Positions 31,920 through 41,463 of a stretch of DNA of 64,000 bases are shown here, piece after piece. Origin of the DNA: an uncultured Chloroflexia bacterium (lineage in GTDB: Bacteria > Chloroflexota > Limnocylindria > Limnocylindrales > CSP1-4); NCBI GenBank assembly GCA_963768655.1, contig CAVYIM010000003.1, positions 544,001-608,000 of the forward strand. The letters run 5' to 3'. Below the pieces are notes generated by a model, which did not search any database, was not told the origin of the DNA, and worked only from the letters and a program-made list of their open reading frames with translations. A program made the position numbers and the translations under genes. Within the stretch, counting starts at the first letter, position 1; the number at the start of each line of letters is the position of its first letter.

Positions 31920-31956
31920 CGAGTGCCGACAGCCGAGGTTCGCATGCCGGAGGATT
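31920..31956 (+). mobile_element. Putative remnant of a large serine recombinase C-terminus running into the antisense tRNA (RVPTAEVRMPEDL-VELQGFEP)
   Basis: Same peptide pattern and CGAGTGCCG start as the remnant before the second tRNA-Ala. Confidence 0.45.
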
Positions 31957-32032
31957 TGGTGGAGCTACAGGGATTCGAACCCTGGACCTCCTGCATGCCA
32001 TGCAGGCGCTCTCCCAGCTGAGCTATAGCCCC
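31957..32032 (-). tRNA. tRNA-Ala(GGC)
   Basis: GGGGCTATAGCTCAGCTGGGAGAGCGCCTGCATGGCATGCAGGAGGTCCAGGGTTCGAATCCCTGTAGCTCCACCA, 76 nt, encoded CCA. Confidence 0.97.
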
Positions 32033-32336
32033 ACGCGCCCGCGAATGGTACAGCAACGAGGCGAACTTGCGCGATATCGGCGATGCGAGAAGGCTCGGGA
32101 GGCGGCGGCTGTGGGCCATCTCAGAAACGAACCAGGGGCCCGTTTCCGGGCCCCTGGTGTTCCCCTCGATTCCCCCTCGTACCTTGACTACCGCCGGGCC
32201 CCTGGCCCCTCACCACCGGCGGCCCCCTCAGCCTCCCCGTGCGTCCTTCGTTGCGGGCATCCAGACGGAGCCCGCCCGGCGCGTGTGACGGCGCCGCTGA
32301 AGCAGGACTGAGGCCTCCGGGGTTACGCTTCGGCCG

Positions 32337-33119
32337 ATGGCGACGACGACCGAATGGCGCGCTTCTCTTCGACTGGCGGACGGGCGCCTCGAATGCACCA
32401 TCCGGCGCTCGCCTCGAGCCAGGCTCCTGCGACTGACCGTCGACCCACAACACACCGCCGTCGTCACCATCCCGTCCCGGGCCGCACGTAACAAAGGCGA
32501 GGCGGAGCGGCTGGCCACAGCGTTCGTGGCCGAGCGAGAGGGCTGGCTGCGGGGTCATCTCGAGCGACAGGCCCGCCAGATAGCGGCGCTGGATGCGCTG
32601 GGGCCTCTCCGCGACGGAGGCACTTTCCTGTTCCGCGGGGAGCCGCACCGGCTCCGTATCGTGGCCGAGCCCGGGCGGCGTCGCACGGTCGTGACGCGCG
32701 AGGGCGCAGACGCGGGCGACGAACTGGTCGTGCGCCCCGGCGGCGGGGAGCGGCGTGAGCTGGCCGCCATCCTCGAGGCGTGGTTGCGGGTGCGGGCCCG
32801 ATCCGCCATCGAGCGTGAGATAGAGCGGCACGCCCCGGCTCTCGCGGTCGAGCCGGCCTCGGTGACGGTTCGGGACACCCGAAGCCGGTGGGGGAGCTGC
32901 TCCCGCGCGCGCCGGCTGTCCTTTTCCTGGCGGCTTGTCCTCGCCCCGCCGGAGGCGCTCGAGACCGTGGTCGTCCACGAGCTGGCGCACCTGCGGGTAT
33001 TCGGCCACGGGCCGCAGTTCTGGGAGCTGGTCGCCGGCCGGCGACCGGATCATCGGCGCTGGCGACGCTGGCTGCGAGACCACTCGGTGGAGTTGCACGG
33101 AGCCCTGGCGGCCGCCTGA
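32337..33119 (+). CDS. YgjP/M48-like metal-dependent hydrolase (DUF45)
   Basis: SRWGSCS, LSFSWRLV.AP, VVHELAHL, HGPQFW; TACGCT -10 before ATG. Confidence 0.9.
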   Translation: MATTTEWRASLRLADGRLECTIRRSPRARLLRLTVDPQHTAVVTIPSRAARNKGEAERLATAFVAEREGWLRGHLERQARQIAALDALGPLRDGGTFLFRGEPHRLRIVAEPGRRRTVVTREGADAGDELVVRPGGGERRELAAILEAWLRVRARSAIEREIERHAPALAVEPASVTVRDTRSRWGSCSRARRLSFSWRLVLAPPEALETVVVHELAHLRVFGHGPQFWELVAGRRPDHRRWRRWLRDHSVELHGALAAA

Positions 33120-33323
33120 TCCGCGCCGCTCGCGGCTTCGGGCCGTTCGCCCGAAGGTCGTCGCCCGATCCCCGCCCCTCGCGGCTTCGGGCCCCGGTCG
33201 CCGTTCCGCAGGTGCCGACGGCCCTTCCCTCTCTTGCGCGGGCGGCCTAGAGTGACTCCGAGCCGATCGATCCGGACCGAACGGCCGCGGGCGCGCCGGC
33301 GAGCAGGCACAGAGGAGCCCGAG

Positions 33324-33974
33324 ATGCCAGTCGTGACCATCTCCCGCCAGTTCGGTGCTGGTGGCTCGAGCGTTGCGGAGATCGTCGCCGCCGAGCTGCA
33401 CGCCGAGGTCGTCGACAAGAAGCTCATCGAGGAAGTGGCGCGACGGCTCCAGATCTCCACGACCGACGTGGCAGCCGAGGACGAGCGGCCCCGGCCGCTG
33501 CTCGAGCGCCTGGTCCGTTCCTTCTCCACGCTGGAGCCGACGATGGGCGCCGGCTGGTCGCCGCCGTATCCGGACCCGCTCTTCGACCCGCGCAACGCGA
33601 TCATCGAGCTCACCGAGCAGGTCATCCATGAGGTCGCGGACGGCGGCAACGTCGTCATCGTCGGCCGCGGCGCCGGCTTCTGCCTGCGCGACCGGCCAAA
33701 CGTCTTTCGGGTGTTCCTGCGCGCTCCGGAGGCGGTGCGAGTCAAGACGCTGATGGAACGGTTCGGCCTCAGCGAGGCCGAGGCACGGCGCAAGATGCAC
33801 GAAACCGACGCCAACCGGGCCGCCTACACGCACCAGCTCTACAAGAAGGACTGGTGCGACCCGGCCGAGTACGACCTGATCGTGAACACGGGTCGGTTGG
33901 GATACCAGGCCACGGCCGAACTCATCCTGCGCGGTCTGCGCGAGCCCGCCCGGGTCGCGATGCCCGTCGGCTGA
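33324..33974 (+). CDS. Cytidylate kinase-like family protein
   Basis: VTISRQFGAGG, VVIVGRG, D..RA.Y, YDLIVNT; GAGGAG RBS. Confidence 0.88.
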   Translation: MPVVTISRQFGAGGSSVAEIVAAELHAEVVDKKLIEEVARRLQISTTDVAAEDERPRPLLERLVRSFSTLEPTMGAGWSPPYPDPLFDPRNAIIELTEQVIHEVADGGNVVIVGRGAGFCLRDRPNVFRVFLRAPEAVRVKTLMERFGLSEAEARRKMHETDANRAAYTHQLYKKDWCDPAEYDLIVNTGRLGYQATAELILRGLREPARVAMPVG

Positions 33975-34017
33975 AGCTCGAACCGCCGCCGGAACTCCGC
34001 TCGACAGGGACCGGGCC

Positions 34018-34218
34018 TCAGTTCCCCGGCGCCCCGGCGGGCATGACCCAGGCCGGCCCGGCCTGGGGAGCCTGATCCCACTGGGCGTTGCTCAGCGGCG
34101 CCCGCGAGAGCGTGATGAAGCTCCAGGCCACGAAGAGGGTGAGTACCCAGATCACCACGACCACGTCGAAATGCCGGGCCAGTTCTGCTCGCATGGCGAA
34201 CCCTACGAAGCGCTTCAT
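34018..34218 (-). CDS. Small single-TM hypothetical protein
   Basis: One clear hydrophobic helix; start uncertain. Confidence 0.4.
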   Translation of the reverse strand: MKRFVGFAMRAELARHFDVVVVIWVLTLFVAWSFITLSRAPLSNAQWDQAPQAGPAWVMPAGAPGN

Positions 34219-34523
34219 CGGGCCGGTTCGTGCCCGGGCCTGCAGCGGAAGGTTCGACCGACAGAGGCTCGCCAGACAGGGCCCCGGGACCTCGATTCCC
34301 AATGTCCGGCGGCCCTAAGTAAACCGCTTATCTATGAATATCCGGGTCATTATTACGACATAAGTGCCCGATTCTGGACTACCCGGCGGGTTCGAACGAG
34401 CCGGGACCGGCCGCCCGGAAGGATGGCCGCTCGAACGAAACCGGTCAGGCGCCTGCGCCGCGCCGCGGATCGGCCGCTACGGCCGGGCCCCGCGCGTCGA
34501 GCGCCACGGCCCGGCGTCGCGCG

Positions 34524-35468
34524 TCAGGGGACCGCGACGGCCTCCGGTTCGACATCGAAGAGGCCCGGCACGGACAGATACCGCTCCCCGGTGTCGTAGG
34601 TGAAGGCCAGGATGCGGGCACCGTCCTTGATCTCGGGCAGCTTCCTGGCCACGGCAGCAAGTACCGCCCCCGACGAAACACCGATCAACAGCCCTTCCTC
34701 GCGCGCCGCCCGAACCGCGTAGCTGAACGCGTCCGGGGCCGCCACCGCGATGACCCCGGTTACGGCATCGGCGTGGTAGTTGCCGGGCACGAACCCCGCG
34801 CCGATGCCCTGGATGGGATGCGGGCCGGGGATACCGCCGCTCAGGACCGGGGAGAGCTCGGGCTCGACCGCGAAGACCTGCAGTCGCGGCCAGCGCGGCC
34901 GGAGCACCTCGCCGATGGCCGTAACGTGCCCGCCCGTCCCGACGCCGGCGAAGACGTAGTCGAGGCCATCGGGGAAGTCGCGGGCGACCTCTTCGGCCGT
35001 GGTCCGCTTGTGGACCTCGAGGTTCGCCGGGTTGTCGAACTGCATCGGCAGCCACGCGCCCGGGGTCTCGGCCACGATCTCGCGGGCCTTGGCGATGGCG
35101 CCCTTCATGCCCAGCTCACGTGGCGTCAGCTCGAAGGTCGCGCCGTAGGCGGCCATCAGCTTGCGTCGCTCGACGGAGAAGGACTCGGGCATGACGAGGA
35201 TCAGCTTGTAGCCCTTCACGGCGGCGACGAGGGCGAGCCCGACTCCGGTGTTGCCCGAAGTCGGCTCGACGATGATGCTGCCCGGCTTCAGGACGCCGCG
35301 CTTCTCGGCGTCTTCGATCATCGACAGCGCGATGCGGTCCTTGATCGAGCCGCCGGGGTTCTGCCGTTCGAGCTTGACCCAGACCTCGACGCGCGGGTCG
35401 AAGAGTTTGTTGATGCGAAGTTCGGTCGTGTTGCCGATGGTTTCGAGGATGCTGTTGGCCTTTGCCAC
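34524..35468 (-). CDS. cysK: Cysteine synthase A
   Basis: [11 protein letters not shown] (PLP Lys), [29 protein letters not shown]; GTG start after AGGAG. Confidence 0.95.
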   Translation of the reverse strand: MAKANSILETIGNTTELRINKLFDPRVEVWVKLERQNPGGSIKDRIALSMIEDAEKRGVLKPGSIIVEPTSGNTGVGLALVAAVKGYKLILVMPESFSVERRKLMAAYGATFELTPRELGMKGAIAKAREIVAETPGAWLPMQFDNPANLEVHKRTTAEEVARDFPDGLDYVFAGVGTGGHVTAIGEVLRPRWPRLQVFAVEPELSPVLSGGIPGPHPIQGIGAGFVPGNYHADAVTGVIAVAAPDAFSYAVRAAREEGLLIGVSSGAVLAAVARKLPEIKDGARILAFTYDTGERYLSVPGLFDVEPEAVAVP

Positions 35469-35551
35469 GGGTATCTCCTGCGAGTTGGTTGGGACACGCC
35501 AAACCGGGGTCCGGCCGGCGCCGGTCCTTCGAAGATGGGTTGGATTCGAAC

Positions 35552-36439
35552 CTAGATGACGAAGTCGGGCGCCTCGAAGTCGGCCCGGCCCTGCCGGACG
35601 TGGACCTCGCTGCGTTGGTAGACGATCGAATTGGGCGGGACGCTGGAGGTGATCCAGGTGTTGCCGCCGATGACGCTCCCCTCGCCGATGACCGTCTCGC
35701 CGCCCAGAATCGTGGCGTTGGCGTAGATGACAACGTCGTTGCCGATCGTCGGGTGGCGCTTGGTCGAGGCTAGGGACTTGGTCACGGAGAGCGCGCCAAG
35801 GGTCACGCCCTGGTAGAGCTTCACGTTGTTGCCCAGCACGGCCGTCTCGCCGATGACGATGCCGGTGCCGTGGTCGATGACGACGGGGTGGCCCAGGGTC
35901 GCTCCCGGGTGGATGTCGATGCCGGTTCGCTCGTGCGCCCATTCGGTCAGGACGCGGGGCAGCAGCGGCACTCGCAGCTCGTAGAAACGATGGCCGATGC
36001 GGTGGGCGGCGATGGCGAGGAATCCCGGATAGGCCAGGATCACCTCGTCCACGCTCTCGGCCGCGGGATCGCCTCGTTCGATCGCCGTCGCGTCGACCAA
36101 CAACTGGCGATGGATCTCGGGCAGCATCTTGAAGAAAGCGGCGGCGATCCGGGCCGGATCGTCGATCTCGCCCTCCAGCGGCCGGAGCAGCGACCGCAGC
36201 TCGGTCGCGGAGGCGTCGAGCGCGTCTCGGATGTCTCCCGGCGTGGCGTAGGTCTGCTCCGCGGTCTGTGGGAAGAGCGTGTCGAGCAGGGTCCGCAGCC
36301 ACGTCCCGACTCGGGCTTTTGCCAGCCGCGCCTGGGTGTCGTTGGCGAGCATGTCGTAGACGCGGCCCGCCAGCCCGTCCAGCGGGTCACTGGATGGCTT
36401 GGTCGTCTTCGCGGTGTGGATTGATCTGGGGAGAGCCAT
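35552..36439 (-). CDS. cysE: Serine O-acetyltransferase
   Basis: [46 protein letters not shown]. Confidence 0.93.
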   Translation of the reverse strand: MALPRSIHTAKTTKPSSDPLDGLAGRVYDMLANDTQARLAKARVGTWLRTLLDTLFPQTAEQTYATPGDIRDALDASATELRSLLRPLEGEIDDPARIAAAFFKMLPEIHRQLLVDATAIERGDPAAESVDEVILAYPGFLAIAAHRIGHRFYELRVPLLPRVLTEWAHERTGIDIHPGATLGHPVVIDHGTGIVIGETAVLGNNVKLYQGVTLGALSVTKSLASTKRHPTIGNDVVIYANATILGGETVIGEGSVIGGNTWITSSVPPNSIVYQRSEVHVRQGRADFEAPDFVI

Positions 36440-36597
36440 GTGTTCCTCGGTGGCGTTTCTCGCGGGAGCTGCGGATCGGGGCGCGGGCGGCTCGGGCAGG
36501 GCTGGTGGGGAAGGCCGAGCGGGCAGTCGGTGCCGGCCAGATTCGGGCCTGCGGACGGCGGCTCGACGCGAGCGCGGCGGCGTCCGCGAGGAGTAAC

Positions 36598-36628
36598 AAA
36601 AAGCCGCGGGTCCTGTAGGAACCGCGGC
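36598..36628 (-). terminator. Intrinsic terminator in the cysE leader (attenuator)
   Basis: GCCGCGGTTCC-TACA-GGACCCGCGGC followed by TTTTTG on the minus strand. Confidence 0.75.
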
Positions 36629-36674
36629 CCCTGGGCGACTCGACCCGCTCCCGGTGGGAGCGCGAGACAGCCTG

Positions 36675-36734
36675 CTACCTCCTGCGGCGGGGCCGCCGCC
36701 AGGGACAGAGGCAGTTGTGGTTGTGCGAGTCCAT
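36675..36734 (-). CDS. Putative cys leader peptide MDSHNHNCLCPWRRPRRRR (leaderless)
   Basis: ATG 6 nt after CATGAT -10 with TTGACG -35; two Cys codons; directly precedes the terminator. Confidence 0.65.
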   Translation of the reverse strand: MDSHNHNCLCPWRRPRRRR

Positions 36735-36740
36735 GTCCGA

Positions 36741-36770
36741 ATCATGCGGGCTCGAGTCGATAGCCGTCAA
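36741..36770 (-). promoter_or_regulatory. Sigma-70-type promoter TTGACG-N18-CATGAT of the cys operon
   Basis: Near-consensus hexamers with plausible spacing. Confidence 0.6.
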
Positions 36771-37011
36771 GCGACTGTCGCCTGAAGACCCGCTGAGGGC
36801 GGATCCAGATCGCACCGTGGAACGAGACGGGTGAGCGCGGCCGCGGTCCGTCGCTGCCTCGGTGTGCCGGAAGAGGTCGCGCAGCAGAAGACAATTCGAG
36901 GCGGCGGGATCCGTGATAACTTGGATCAACGCCGGTTGACCATTGTCTCCGGCCTGCCGTCCGCGGGTCGTCGCCGTGGCCGGCATCCGCACGAACCCGG
37001 AGAGGTGGTGG

Positions 37012-37818
37012 ATGTCTCACGTAATCAGCAGGCACGGACGGATCCTGCTCATCCTGCTGGCGGTCGCCGCTATCGCCCTGGCCGCCTGCTCGGGCAGCTC
37101 CGCCTCGGCGACTCCTGCCCCGGGGGGTAACGGCACACCTGCGGCTGCCAACACGCCGGCGGGCGGTGGCAGCGCCCTGGCTCCCGTCTCGAGTGCCAGC
37201 GGCGGCACCTCCGCGCTGAACGGTGCGGCGGCCGCGCTGTCGAACATCAGCAGCTACAAGTTCAAGATGACCGTCGCAGGCGGCGATTGGGGACAGACCC
37301 TCTCGGCCTTCAGCGGCGCCGCCACGACCGGCAACACGCCCACCGTCATCAGCGGCACGATCATTCTCAAGCCCGCCAGCGCGATGGACCTCACCGTTGG
37401 TGTCATGCACGTGATCGAGGTTGGCGGCAATGACTACCTCGATTTGACCGGAAGCGGCACCTTCATCTCATCGCCGGCTACCACTAGCATGGACGCGTTC
37501 GCGCCGTCGACGATGTTCTCCTCGATGATCGATCCCGAAACCATGAGCGATTTCACTGAGGTCGGGACCGAGCCGAAGAACGGCGTCACCGCCGACCACT
37601 ACCAGGGCACCCAGGCGGCGCTCGCCGATCTGGGCCCGCTCACGAATGTCCAGGGCGCGACCTGGACGGCCGACCTCTGGATCGCCACCGATGGCGGCTA
37701 TCCGGTCAGCATGGCGATCGTGGGCACGGCCGCAGACAACACCGTCGCCTACGAGATACTCTTCGACATTACGAACGTCAACGATCCGGCGAACACGGTC
37801 ACAGCTCCCAATGTCTGA
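37012..37818 (+). CDS. Lipoprotein (possible LppX/LolA-like fold)
   Basis: Lipobox LAAC, S/T/P/G-rich linker, paralogous to next gene. Confidence 0.75.
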   Translation: MSHVISRHGRILLILLAVAAIALAACSGSSASATPAPGGNGTPAAANTPAGGGSALAPVSSASGGTSALNGAAAALSNISSYKFKMTVAGGDWGQTLSAFSGAATTGNTPTVISGTIILKPASAMDLTVGVMHVIEVGGNDYLDLTGSGTFISSPATTSMDAFAPSTMFSSMIDPETMSDFTEVGTEPKNGVTADHYQGTQAALADLGPLTNVQGATWTADLWIATDGGYPVSMAIVGTAADNTVAYEILFDITNVNDPANTVTAPNV

Positions 37819-38033
37819 TGGCCCCGTCGGATCGGGCCGCGATGGTCGCGGTGGGGTAGAGGCATTCGAGGCCTCGGTCATTCGGCCGGGACCTGTTCCG
37901 GACCAGACGCCGGGCTGCCACGTGCCGCCTGACGAGACAACGAGGCGTGTGCGGCCGGTGAGCCGGCCGCCCCGCTAGTTTCCAATCAAGGCCGGCTCGT
38001 TCGGGCCCGGCCACCGCCCCCGGAGGAGGGAGA

Positions 38034-38807
38034 TTGATGATCGGATCGGCAAACAGGACGACTCGAAGCCTCGTGGCCGCGAGTCTGGCATTCGCTCTCG
38101 TCGTCGCTGCATGCGGCTCTTCGACGAAGCCCACAATCGGAATTCCCGTCAGCGGGAACAGCACCAACGCCGGAAACAACCCCGGCGGCAGCGGCTCACT
38201 CACTTCCGGCCTGACCTCGAATCTCGACGCTCTCGACAGCTATCAGTTCTCCTGGCAGATGACGACGGCCGCAACCGGCGCCGGCGCGAGCGGGACGGGG
38301 TCGTTCGGAATCTCGGGGACGGTTGTCAACAAGCCGACCCAGTCGTACGAGATCAACGACGCCGGCATGATGGAGATCATCGTCATCGGCACCCAGGGTT
38401 GGATCTCCATGGACAATGGGAGCACCTGGATGGCGAGCTCGGATTACTCGAACGGGAGTTCCGATCTGAGCTCCCTGCTGCCGGACTCGATGTACGGCTC
38501 CGACTTCGACTCCAACGCGGGTGACTTCAAGGTCGTCGGCGAGGAGACCAAGAACGGCATCGACTGCATCCACTACTCGGCCAGCACGGACCTTGGCGCG
38601 GGCGGTGCGATCCTCGGCATCGCCGGCAACTTCTCGGCCGACCTCTGGATCGCCAAGAGCGGCGACTATCCCGTCAGCGGCTTCTACGGCTACAGCGCCT
38701 CGGCGGGCGGACAATCCGGCGCCTGGGGCTACTCGTTCGACATTACCCACGTCAACGACGCGTCCGCCAACGCGATCACCGCGCCGGCCAACGTGACCAC
38801 GCCATAG
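38034..38807 (+). CDS. Lipoprotein, paralog of the preceding gene
   Basis: Lipobox VAAC; shared ADLWIA..G.YPVS and FDIT.VND..N..TAP motifs. Confidence 0.75.
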   Translation: MMIGSANRTTRSLVAASLAFALVVAACGSSTKPTIGIPVSGNSTNAGNNPGGSGSLTSGLTSNLDALDSYQFSWQMTTAATGAGASGTGSFGISGTVVNKPTQSYEINDAGMMEIIVIGTQGWISMDNGSTWMASSDYSNGSSDLSSLLPDSMYGSDFDSNAGDFKVVGEETKNGIDCIHYSASTDLGAGGAILGIAGNFSADLWIAKSGDYPVSGFYGYSASAGGQSGAWGYSFDITHVNDASANAITAPANVTTP

Positions 38808-38826
38808 GCGCATTTCGGGCAAATCG

Positions 38827-38859
38827 AAGAGGCCCCGGCCGTTTGGTCGGGGCCTCTTT
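38827..38859 (+). terminator. Intrinsic terminator
   Basis: GAAGAGGCCCCGGCC...GGTCGGGGCCTCTTT hairpin. Confidence 0.7.
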
Positions 38860-38909
38860 CTATGTCCGCGGAGACAACGAGCTTGCCGGGCGCCTCGCTC
38901 CCTGCGTAA

Positions 38910-38943
38910 TGACCTGAGGTCAGTATATGATGACCCGAGGTCA
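38910..38943. promoter_or_regulatory. Two TGACC-N3-GGTCA palindromes flanking a TATGAT -10; putative TetR operators
   Basis: TGACCTGAGGTCA (38910-38922) and TGACCCGAGGTCA (38931-38943). Confidence 0.75.
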
Positions 38944-38965
38944 CCAACCGGAAAGGAGCACCGGG

Positions 38966-39679
38966 ATGACGGGAACTGGCGCACGCGGCGACGCGGGCGA
39001 CGCGCCATCCGCCCCAACGGCACGGCGGACAGGCCGCGAGCTGGCTGCCGTAACCCCGGGCCGGCGGCGGCTGGCGCCCGACGATCGCCGGGCCGAGTTG
39101 GTCGAAGCCGCCATCGCGGTGTTGCGCGCCGGTGTCGACGAGGGCAACTGGGTCGCGGAGGTCACGCGCGCCGCGGGTGCGGCCAAGGGGACGTTCTACG
39201 TGTACTTCCCGTCCTGGGAGGACATGCTCGCCGTGGTCCGCGGGCGGCTCATTGACGAGTGCAACGCCCCGATCCGACACGCTCTCGCCACCGCTGACTC
39301 CGTCGACTGGTGGGCCGTCCTGGAGGACCAATGCGGGCGCTTCGTCGACGTAGTGAACGAGTTCGGCCGGCACCACGCCGTGATCTTCCATGCGGCCCTG
39401 CCGCACGATCCGGTCGGGGCCTCGAGGTCAGGTCCGGCAGTGCTCGCCGTGGCAATCGAGCGAGGGATTGCCGAGGGGTTCTTTGCCCCGGTCGACGTCG
39501 AGGCCGCAGCTCAGTTGCTCTTTGCCGCCGTCCACGCCGCGGCCGACGCGGTGCTCGCCGGCGGAGAGCGTGAGCGGTGGATCTCGGCCTGCACTGAACT
39601 CGCCCGCAGCTACCTCATGCCAGCGGCGCAGCCGATCGACAGGCTTCTCCAGCCACCCGAAGAAACTCCGCCGGCATGA
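38966..39679 (+). CDS. TetR/AcrR family transcriptional regulator
   Basis: VAEVTRAAGAAKGTFYVYFPS HTH; AAAGGAG RBS. Confidence 0.88.
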   Translation: MTGTGARGDAGDAPSAPTARRTGRELAAVTPGRRRLAPDDRRAELVEAAIAVLRAGVDEGNWVAEVTRAAGAAKGTFYVYFPSWEDMLAVVRGRLIDECNAPIRHALATADSVDWWAVLEDQCGRFVDVVNEFGRHHAVIFHAALPHDPVGASRSGPAVLAVAIERGIAEGFFAPVDVEAAAQLLFAAVHAAADAVLAGGERERWISACTELARSYLMPAAQPIDRLLQPPEETPPA

Positions 39680-41115
39680 CGGCTCGTCAGGATCTCACCT
39701 ACCGGCGGCGGATGCTCGTCCTCGCCATCTGCTGCCTGAGCCTGTTCATGGTGGGCTTGGACACCACGATCGTGAACATCGCCCTGCCCACGATCCAGCA
39801 GGACCTGCGTGCCGGGATCTCCGGCCTGCAATGGACTATCGACGCCTACGCCCTCGTCCTCGGCAGCCTGCTCATGCTCTCGGGCTCCATGGCGGATCGA
39901 TTCGGGCGGCGCCGGGTCTTTCTTGCCGGCCTGGCCCTGTTCGGCACCGCCTCGCTGCTCTGCAGCCTGGCCCCCAGCATCGATTGGCTCATTGCGTTCC
40001 GAGCGATCCAGGGCATCGGGGGTTCGATGCTGAACCCGGTGGCCCTCTCGATCGTCAGCAACGTCTTCACCGACGATCGCGAGCGGGCTCGGGCGGTCGG
40101 CGTCTGGGCCGGGGTGTTCGGGCTCAGCATGGCGCTCGGTCCGTTGGTAGGCGGGCTGCTCATCGGCGCCTCGCTGGGCTGGCGGTCCCTTTTCTGGATC
40201 AACGTGCCCGTCGCGCTGGTGGCGGTGTTCCTCACCTGGCGCTTCATCCCGGAGTCCAGAGCTGCCCACCCGCGGCGAGTCGACCCGGTGGGCCAGGGGC
40301 TCATCATCGGACTGATCGCGGCCTTGACATACGCCATCATCGAGGGGCCGGACTCCGGCTGGACGTCGCCCACGATCCTCGCCTGTGTCGCCATCGCGGC
40401 TCTCGTCCTGATCGGCCTCCTGGTCTACGAGCCACGCCGCCGTGAACCCCTGCTGGAACTGCGGTTCTTCGCCAGCGTGCCGTTCTCGGGGGCGTCGGCC
40501 ATCGCGCTAATCGCCTTCGCCGCAGTGGGCGGCTTCGCCTTGATGACCACCCTATATCTCCAGGAAGTGCGCGACTACTCGGCGCTGCAAGCCGGGCTCC
40601 TCTTCCTGCCCGTGGCCGCGGCGGCCATTTTGTCGGGTCCTATCTCGGGCCGACTGGTCGCCAGCCGCGGCCCGCGAGCCTCGCTGATCGGGGCCGGCGC
40701 GGCCCTGACGCTCTGCGCGGTGATGCTCACGGGGCTGACCGCGACGACGTCGGTCGGCTGGCTCGTCGCTTCCTACGTCGTCTTCGGGCTCGGTTTCGGC
40801 ATGGTCAGCGCCCCGGTCAACAACACCGCGCTCTCCGGCATGCCGCGATCGCAATCGGGCGTGGCGGCCGCGATCGTCTCGACCGGCCGGCAAGTCGGCC
40901 AGACCCTCGGCGTCGCCGTGGCAGGCGCGCTCCTCGCCTCGGGCCTCCACGGCTCGCTCCGCACGGGGCTCGCTCCGGCCAGTCAGCCGGTCTGGTGGGT
41001 CATGGCCGGCTTCGGTGTCGTCGTTGTCGCGCTCGCCATCGTAACCACCACCACATGGGCACGCGGTACGGCTGCCGCGGTGGGCCGGGAAGCGGCCGGC
41101 GAGGCGGGCTCCTGA
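39676..41115 (+). CDS. DHA2-type (14-TM) MFS efflux transporter
   Basis: LDTTIVNIALP, G.MADRFGRRR, RAIQGIGG, FWINVP. Confidence 0.92.
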   Translation: MTARQDLTYRRRMLVLAICCLSLFMVGLDTTIVNIALPTIQQDLRAGISGLQWTIDAYALVLGSLLMLSGSMADRFGRRRVFLAGLALFGTASLLCSLAPSIDWLIAFRAIQGIGGSMLNPVALSIVSNVFTDDRERARAVGVWAGVFGLSMALGPLVGGLLIGASLGWRSLFWINVPVALVAVFLTWRFIPESRAAHPRRVDPVGQGLIIGLIAALTYAIIEGPDSGWTSPTILACVAIAALVLIGLLVYEPRRREPLLELRFFASVPFSGASAIALIAFAAVGGFALMTTLYLQEVRDYSALQAGLLFLPVAAAAILSGPISGRLVASRGPRASLIGAGAALTLCAVMLTGLTATTSVGWLVASYVVFGLGFGMVSAPVNNTALSGMPRSQSGVAAAIVSTGRQVGQTLGVAVAGALLASGLHGSLRTGLAPASQPVWWVMAGFGVVVVALAIVTTTTWARGTAAAVGREAAGEAGS

Positions 41116-41170
41116 GCTGATGCGTCGTGCCGGTTCGGGGTAGTGAAGTTGGCACCTGGGGAAGGTGGTG

Positions 41171-41232
41171 TGGCGGAGCTGGGCCGACTGACTGCGAACC
41201 GGCCGGCCGGATCGATCCGGAGTTGTCTGGCA
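41171..41232 (+). repeat. att-like direct repeat, copy A
   Basis: TGGCGGAGCTGGGCCGACTGACTGCGAACCG...GGATCGATCC; colinear with copies B and C. Confidence 0.7.
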
Positions 41233-41463
41233 CCAATCTGCCGCGCCCGGCGCACGTGACCTGGCCGGCGTGACGAGATGGGCTTCTTGGGGGGAGGACG
41301 GCCGCCCGGCCAACGCTGCCTGCCAGCGAATAGCTGGCAGGCGCTACGATTGCCGAGCCACTCCTCTGGGTGGGGGAGAGGAGGAACGGTTCGTCGTTGG
41401 TCCGAGGGCGCGGTTCATCCGATTGATGCGCCGCTCGCTCTCTCCGGAGCTTAGGAGACTGCG

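Noticed and set aside
31409-32119. 236-aa MarR ORF spanning the tRNA
   Set aside because: The N-terminal extension overlaps tRNA-Ala; the real start is most likely the leaderless ATG at 31834.
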